A stretch of DNA of 64,000 nucleotides from Bacillota bacterium (GTDB taxonomy: Bacteria; Bacillota; Clostridia; Oscillospirales; Oscillospiraceae), in the NCBI GenBank assembly GCA_029007925.1, contig JAQXIT010000103.1, forward strand, positions 4,673 through 68,672, read 5' to 3'. Numbering within the stretch: the stretch's first letter is position 1; every line of letters starts with the position of its first letter. The position numbers and the translations under genes are program-made. Of this stretch, positions 59,237 to 64,000 are shown one piece after another. Under the pieces are notes generated by a model, which was not told the DNA's origin, did not search any database, and worked only from the letters and a program-made list of their open reading frames with translations.

Positions 59237-61414
59237 TTATATGCGGTTTAGTTCCATCTGATAGGCGAGGTATTCGCCCATTTCCAACGGCAGGGGAAGC
59301 CCTGCCTCCATCAGCGCGCTGCCGGAGTACCGGCGGCCGGTGGCGGCGTCTTCGTAGACGGCCTCCGGTTCCAGACCCCGCAGCCGGAGATAGGCTGCCG
59401 GCATATTGCCGTGGATTTCCAGCATCACGACACTGACCAACGCGCGGCTTGTGTCCCGGGAATTGATCTGCCAGGCGGCACAGACGTCCCGGAAGGGATC
59501 GGTCAAACGGTAGTAGCTGCCGTTTTGCACCAGCGGCGCATAGTCCCGGTACTGCCGGATCTGCTGCCGGATTTCCTCTTTTTCTCCCGGGGTCAGCTTG
59601 CCGAGATCCAGCTCATAGCCGAAAGCGCCGGACATGGCTGCGACAAAGCGCGTGTGCAGACGGGTGGAGCGGCCGGTCTGGTGATTGGGTACGGCGGTCA
59701 CATGGGCGGCCAATGTGCTCATCGGATAGAAGAAAGAAGTACCATACTGGATCCGCAGCCGGTCGATGGCGTCGGTATTGTCGCTGCACCAGATCTGTGG
59801 GGAGTAATACAGCATGCCGGCGTCAAAACGGCCGCCGCCGCCGCTGCAGCCTTCCAGCAGAAGATTGGGATAGCGTTGGATCAATTTCTCCAGAAAGTCG
59901 TAGACACCCAGCACATAGTCGTAGGCAACCTTGCCGCAGACGGTTTCGGCGGAATACAGCTCCGCAAGGCTGCGGTTCATGTCCCATTTCAGGTATTCCA
60001 CATGGGCCCGATCCAGCACGGAGCAGATCTGCTGAAAGACGTGATCCCGTACCTCGGCGCGGGAGAAATCCAGCACCAGCTGGTTGCGGCCCCGCACCGG
60101 ACGGCGGCCGGGAATCCGGAGCGCCCAGTCCGGGTGGGCGCGGAACAGATCGCTGTCCTCGGAAACCATTTCCGGTTCCACCCCCAGACCAAAACGCACG
60201 CCCAAGGCATTGACCCGCCGGGTCAGCTCGTCCAGGCTGCAGCCCAGCTTTTGCTCGTTGACCACCCAGTCGCCCAGGCCGCTGTTGTCGTCATCCCGCT
60301 TGCCGAACCAACCGTCGTCCATGACCACCATGTCGATGCCAAGCTGAGCGGCCTGTTCGGCCAGACGGCAGATGGATTCCGCGTTCACATCGAAGTACTG
60401 CGCTTCCCAGCTGTTGACCAGCACCGGGCGGAAGGTGTGGCTGTATTCGCCGCGGCACAGGTGATCCCGGATGCAGGCGTGGAATTGGCGGGAGAGCTGC
60501 CCCAGACCCTGCCCGGAGCAGGACAAAATGGTCTCCGGTACCGTCAGTGACTGGCCGGGGGACAGGGGATAGTGGAGGCCTTCGCTTTGCAGACCCATGA
60601 GAAGCCGGGTCATACCAAACTGATCCTTTTCGCTTTCGCACAGGAAGCCGCCGCTGTACACGAAAACCATGCCGCAGCATACGCCGGCGTCCTCGGTGGC
60701 GTCCCGGGACGCAAGGATCACAGCCGGGTTATACTGATGGCTGGAGGTGCCCCGGCGGCTGCCAATGGTGAAATTACCATGGTTCACGGGTACGCGCTGC
60801 ACATTGCGCTCCATGGTGTGGCGGCCGTACAGGCTGATGAGGTCGTAATCGCCGCTCAGGAAATCCAGACAGGCCGAGGCAGCCTTTTCCACACAGATCC
60901 TGCCTTCGCCTGCGTTGGTGATGCGCACACTGCGGGTGATGATGTCCGACGCTTCCAGCACGCCGTACAGGAGCCGCACCTGTACATGGCTGACGGCATC
61001 CTCCAGCAGAATTTCCAGCGTTTCCGCCTGATCCGCATCCGCGAATACCGCCGGCAGACCCTCCAGGGCATATTTACCCTTTCGGATCTCGTGGCTCACA
61101 TAGCGGGGATCGCAGCATTCCGACCCGTCAGGGTTCCGCAGGATCAGCCCGGTGGCGCGGAAGTCGCCGGTACCCAGCGACGGGTACTCCTGCGGGAGCG
61201 TGTCCAGGGAGTAGGTTCGATCGTTTTCGGCATCTGCCGGATTGACGGAAAACCCACGGTCGGCGTAGGTCAGCAGATAATCCAGATTGCCGGAGACCTT
61301 TGGGCCGTAGTACAGGTGCAGCAGCACACCCAGACGATCCGCCTTCATCTGATAGGTTGTATGGGCTGTGTTCAGCGTGAAAAGGCGGTTTTCCACCTGA
61401 TATTGAATGGACAT
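59237..61414 (-). CDS. GH36 alpha-galactosidase
   Basis: NSWEA, MDDGWF, EPEM, KWDMNR, CSGGGGRFD, WCSDNTD. Confidence 0.95.
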   Translation of the reverse strand: MSIQYQVENRLFTLNTAHTTYQMKADRLGVLLHLYYGPKVSGNLDYLLTYADRGFSVNPADAENDRTYSLDTLPQEYPSLGTGDFRATGLILRNPDGSECCDPRYVSHEIRKGKYALEGLPAVFADADQAETLEILLEDAVSHVQVRLLYGVLEASDIITRSVRITNAGEGRICVEKAASACLDFLSGDYDLISLYGRHTMERNVQRVPVNHGNFTIGSRRGTSSHQYNPAVILASRDATEDAGVCCGMVFVYSGGFLCESEKDQFGMTRLLMGLQSEGLHYPLSPGQSLTVPETILSCSGQGLGQLSRQFHACIRDHLCRGEYSHTFRPVLVNSWEAQYFDVNAESICRLAEQAAQLGIDMVVMDDGWFGKRDDDNSGLGDWVVNEQKLGCSLDELTRRVNALGVRFGLGVEPEMVSEDSDLFRAHPDWALRIPGRRPVRGRNQLVLDFSRAEVRDHVFQQICSVLDRAHVEYLKWDMNRSLAELYSAETVCGKVAYDYVLGVYDFLEKLIQRYPNLLLEGCSGGGGRFDAGMLYYSPQIWCSDNTDAIDRLRIQYGTSFFYPMSTLAAHVTAVPNHQTGRSTRLHTRFVAAMSGAFGYELDLGKLTPGEKEEIRQQIRQYRDYAPLVQNGSYYRLTDPFRDVCAAWQINSRDTSRALVSVVMLEIHGNMPAAYLRLRGLEPEAVYEDAATGRRYSGSALMEAGLPLPLEMGEYLAYQMELNRI

Positions 61415-61457
61415 TACTGGTTGCTCACTTTCTTGCTCTGGTGTACCAGAGGGAGAT

Positions 61458-62297
61458 TTATTTGACGGCGCCGTTTACCATGCCGTTCAGAATCTGCTTT
61501 TGGCAGATGAGGTAGAAGATCAGTACCGGGATCAGGGACAGCAGGTAGGAGGCAAAGGCCAGGTTGTAGTTGGTGCCGAATTGGGTCTGGAAATTCAACT
61601 GAGCCAGAGGCAGGGTGTTCTGGCCGGAGCCCGCCATAATAACCAGGGGGGTCATCACATCGTTCCAAACGGCCAGGGCCGTGATGATGGCGACGGTGGC
61701 GTGCATGGGCTTCATAATGGGGAACACGATTTTCCAGTAGGTACGCCAGGTGGTCGCGCCGTCCACGGTGGCTGCTTCTTCCAGCGCCAAGGGGACATTC
61801 ACCAGATAACCGGCGTACAGCATGACATTCATGGGCATATAGAATACCACATAGAGCAGGACAACACCCACCCAGTTGGCAAGATGCATCTCGGCGGTCT
61901 GCTTTGCCAGAGGCATCATCAGAATGGCAAACGGCACAAACATACCGCTGACGATGAACAGGTAAACAAAGCCGTAGAACTTATTGCCCGCCTTGCTGCG
62001 GCCCAGAGCGAAGCCCATCAGGGAGTGAATCAGCACCGCGAGAACCACGGTACAGACCGTGATCACCAGGCTGTTGCCCAGGGAATGCCAGAAATCGGTC
62101 ACGCGCATTGCCTCGCGGAAGTTATCCAGACTCCAGTTCTGGGGCAGGGACAGAATGCCGCTGATGCTGTTGGTCATTTCCGAGGGCTGCTTGAAGGCGA
62201 TGACAATGGTCATATAGAGCGGGAAGGCGATGGTGGAAAGTCCCAGAATCAGCAGAATCATGGCTGGGGTATTGACTTTTCCCTTTCGTGTTTTCAT
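61458..62297 (-). CDS. Carbohydrate ABC permease (MsmG-like)
   Basis: EEAATVDGA EAA loop, WND, TM helices. Confidence 0.92.
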   Translation of the reverse strand: MKTRKGKVNTPAMILLILGLSTIAFPLYMTIVIAFKQPSEMTNSISGILSLPQNWSLDNFREAMRVTDFWHSLGNSLVITVCTVVLAVLIHSLMGFALGRSKAGNKFYGFVYLFIVSGMFVPFAILMMPLAKQTAEMHLANWVGVVLLYVVFYMPMNVMLYAGYLVNVPLALEEAATVDGATTWRTYWKIVFPIMKPMHATVAIITALAVWNDVMTPLVIMAGSGQNTLPLAQLNFQTQFGTNYNLAFASYLLSLIPVLIFYLICQKQILNGMVNGAVK

Positions 62298-63160
62298 AAC
62301 TGCTCCTCCTTCTTTCCGGAGAATTTAAGCTGCGCAACGGAGATGACTACGATCATAATGAAGAACACCACAGCGTTGGCGCTCTGGAAGCCGAACTGAC
62401 CGCCGGACATACCGTTGTTGTAGATGAGGTAAGAGATGGATTCGGTGCTTTGCGCGGGGCCGCCCTTGGTCAGAGCCATGATCTGGTCGAACACCATCAG
62501 GAAGTTCTTGACGCTGAGCACCATGTTGATGGAGAAGAAGGGGATAATCAGGGGGAAGGTCAGGTGGAGGAATTTCTTCCAACCGGTGGCGCCGTCGATA
62601 TCGCCGGCCTCATACACATCCTCGGGCACGGTCTGCAATCCGGAGATGTAGATGATGGTGTTCATGGCAATCGCCTGCCAGGCACACACGATCATGATGC
62701 CGATCCACGCGGCGCTGGGGCTGGACAGCAGACTGGACTGCAGAGCCTCAATGCCGACGATCCTTCCGAATGCGGGGAGGATATAGGTGAAGAAGTAGTT
62801 GAAGATATAGCCGACTACCAGGGAACCCAGAATGTTGGGCAGGAAATAGGCGCCCCGGAAGAAACTCTTGGCGCGGATCTTGCTGTTGAGCGCCAGGGCA
62901 AGGATCAGGCTGATCACGTTGACCACGATGGTGGTGACGATGGCCAGCTTAAAGGTGAACCAGTAGGACTTGCCTACCCGGGCGTCCGAGAACAGGTCGA
63001 TGTAGTTGCGCAGTCCGACCCAGTTGTAGCGGCCGAAGCCTTTGAAGTTGGTAAAGCTGTAATACACGCCCCGGAGCAGCGGCACGGTGTTGAAGCAGAT
63101 GAAAAGCGCCAAAATGGGAAGCGTAATCAGCAGGAATGTTCTCTTGCGTTCATTTTTCAT
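62294..63160 (-). CDS. Carbohydrate ABC permease (MsmF-like)
   Basis: VGLRNY, YEAGDIDGA, FDQ..LT.GGP. Confidence 0.92.
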   Translation of the reverse strand: MKNERKRTFLLITLPILALFICFNTVPLLRGVYYSFTNFKGFGRYNWVGLRNYIDLFSDARVGKSYWFTFKLAIVTTIVVNVISLILALALNSKIRAKSFFRGAYFLPNILGSLVVGYIFNYFFTYILPAFGRIVGIEALQSSLLSSPSAAWIGIMIVCAWQAIAMNTIIYISGLQTVPEDVYEAGDIDGATGWKKFLHLTFPLIIPFFSINMVLSVKNFLMVFDQIMALTKGGPAQSTESISYLIYNNGMSGGQFGFQSANAVVFFIMIVVISVAQLKFSGKKEEQL

Positions 63161-63178
63161 GTCAGCAACCCTCCTTTG

Positions 63179-64000
63179 TTATTTGCCGGCGTGGGCGGCT
63201 TCATAGTCCTGGACGAGGCGGATGATATCCCGGTTGTAGCGCAGCCAGTCCGTGTCGAATTTGGACAGGAAAGCGTTCGTATCCTTCTGAATCAGGTAGG
63301 TCTGGAGCTGGGCGTCAACGGCCATTTCGGAAGGGTAGTAGTGATCCTGATAATCCAGCATCAGGCCTTCGCTGATGTAGTAGCGCATGCCGTCGAGAAT
63401 GCTGGGCAGCGTGAAATCGCCCTCCTTGCAGGGGATTGCGGTCTGGGCGTCGATGTACTGCTGCAGGTTCTCATCGTCCAGCAGGAAGTCCAGCACCTCG
63501 TAGGCGGCTTCCTTATTCCTGCAGCTTTCCGTCACGGCAAAGAGCAGGTCAATACCGGAGTTGAGGACGTTGCCGGAGGCGTCATCGCAGGCGGGCATGA
63601 CGAAGGAGTCCAGATTCATATCCGGATTGACGGAAAGAATCTGGGGCGCGGCGTAGCTGCCGATGGTGTACATGGCGGACTCGCCCCGGGCGAAAGCGGT
63701 ACAGGCGTCGTTGTAGCCGTAGGCGAAGGGATCGTTCTGACCATAGGGCAGCAATTGCAGATATTTTTCGGAAAGGGTCCGGTATTCCACGGCGAAGGTG
63801 GTTTCGCCCCGGTTCACCCGCTTGGTGGTATCGGCGGGAGACAGCGCCACGGCCATGGCGTTCCAGGGAGCCAGGCAGGTCCAGGTGTCCTTAAAGCCGA
63901 AGTAGAAGGGCAGGATGCCCTGAGCCTTGATCTCGTCGCACAGGGTCAGCAGCTCATTCCAGGTTTCGGGGATCTTCCAGCCATGGGCGTCAAACATATC
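63179..64000 (-). CDS. Carbohydrate ABC substrate-binding protein (MsmE-like), 5'-truncated
   Basis: PETW.E, KDTW, FARGESAM...G motifs; upstream of the two permeases. Confidence 0.85.
   Translation of the reverse strand, partial: DMFDAHGWKIPETWNELLTLCDEIKAQGILPFYFGFKDTWTCLAPWNAMAVALSPADTTKRVNRGETTFAVEYRTLSEKYLQLLPYGQNDPFAYGYNDACTAFARGESAMYTIGSYAAPQILSVNPDMNLDSFVMPACDDASGNVLNSGIDLLFAVTESCRNKEAAYEVLDFLLDDENLQQYIDAQTAIPCKEGDFTLPSILDGMRYYISEGLMLDYQDHYYPSEMAVDAQLQTYLIQKDTNAFLSKFDTDWLRYNRDIIRLVQDYEAAHAGK

Overview
GC-rich chromosomal window from an endospore-forming anaerobe of the Clostridia (gene content and style suggest Oscillospiraceae; this is inference). From left to right: (1) the 3' part of an hdrA-flxD(mvhD)-flxC-flxB-flxA electron-bifurcation cluster, continuing into an anchor-less fumarate-reductase-like Fe-S/flavoprotein pair and a PQ-loop membrane protein; (2) a tandem class II aldolase and a convergent metVF; (3) a nitrogen-assimilation island with split GOGAT (gltB1-B2-B3) plus an ANTAR pseudo-receiver regulator on the minus strand, and a divergent ~14.4 kb run of GS type III-purC-purF-purA-purB-guaA-pyrG-carA-carB, both behind leader attenuators (the GS leader has a canonical ANTAR hexaloop hairpin); (4) tRNA-Arg(CCG) next to an apparent deletion scar of two headless genes; (5) nrdD with three NrdR boxes, sporulation genes with sigK/sigE/sigG-like promoters, marR-degV, carD-like, feoAB, a polar amino-acid ABC transporter, tcdA, spoIVA, an XRE-LiaF fusion, luxS-mtnN, a TraB/GumN lipoprotein and tRNA-Gly(GCC); (6) a raffinose-type ABC/GH36/GH13 locus cut off by the window end. 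No transposase, integrase, prophage or CRISPR array was seen. All calls come from motif recognition by eye; no database searches were run.
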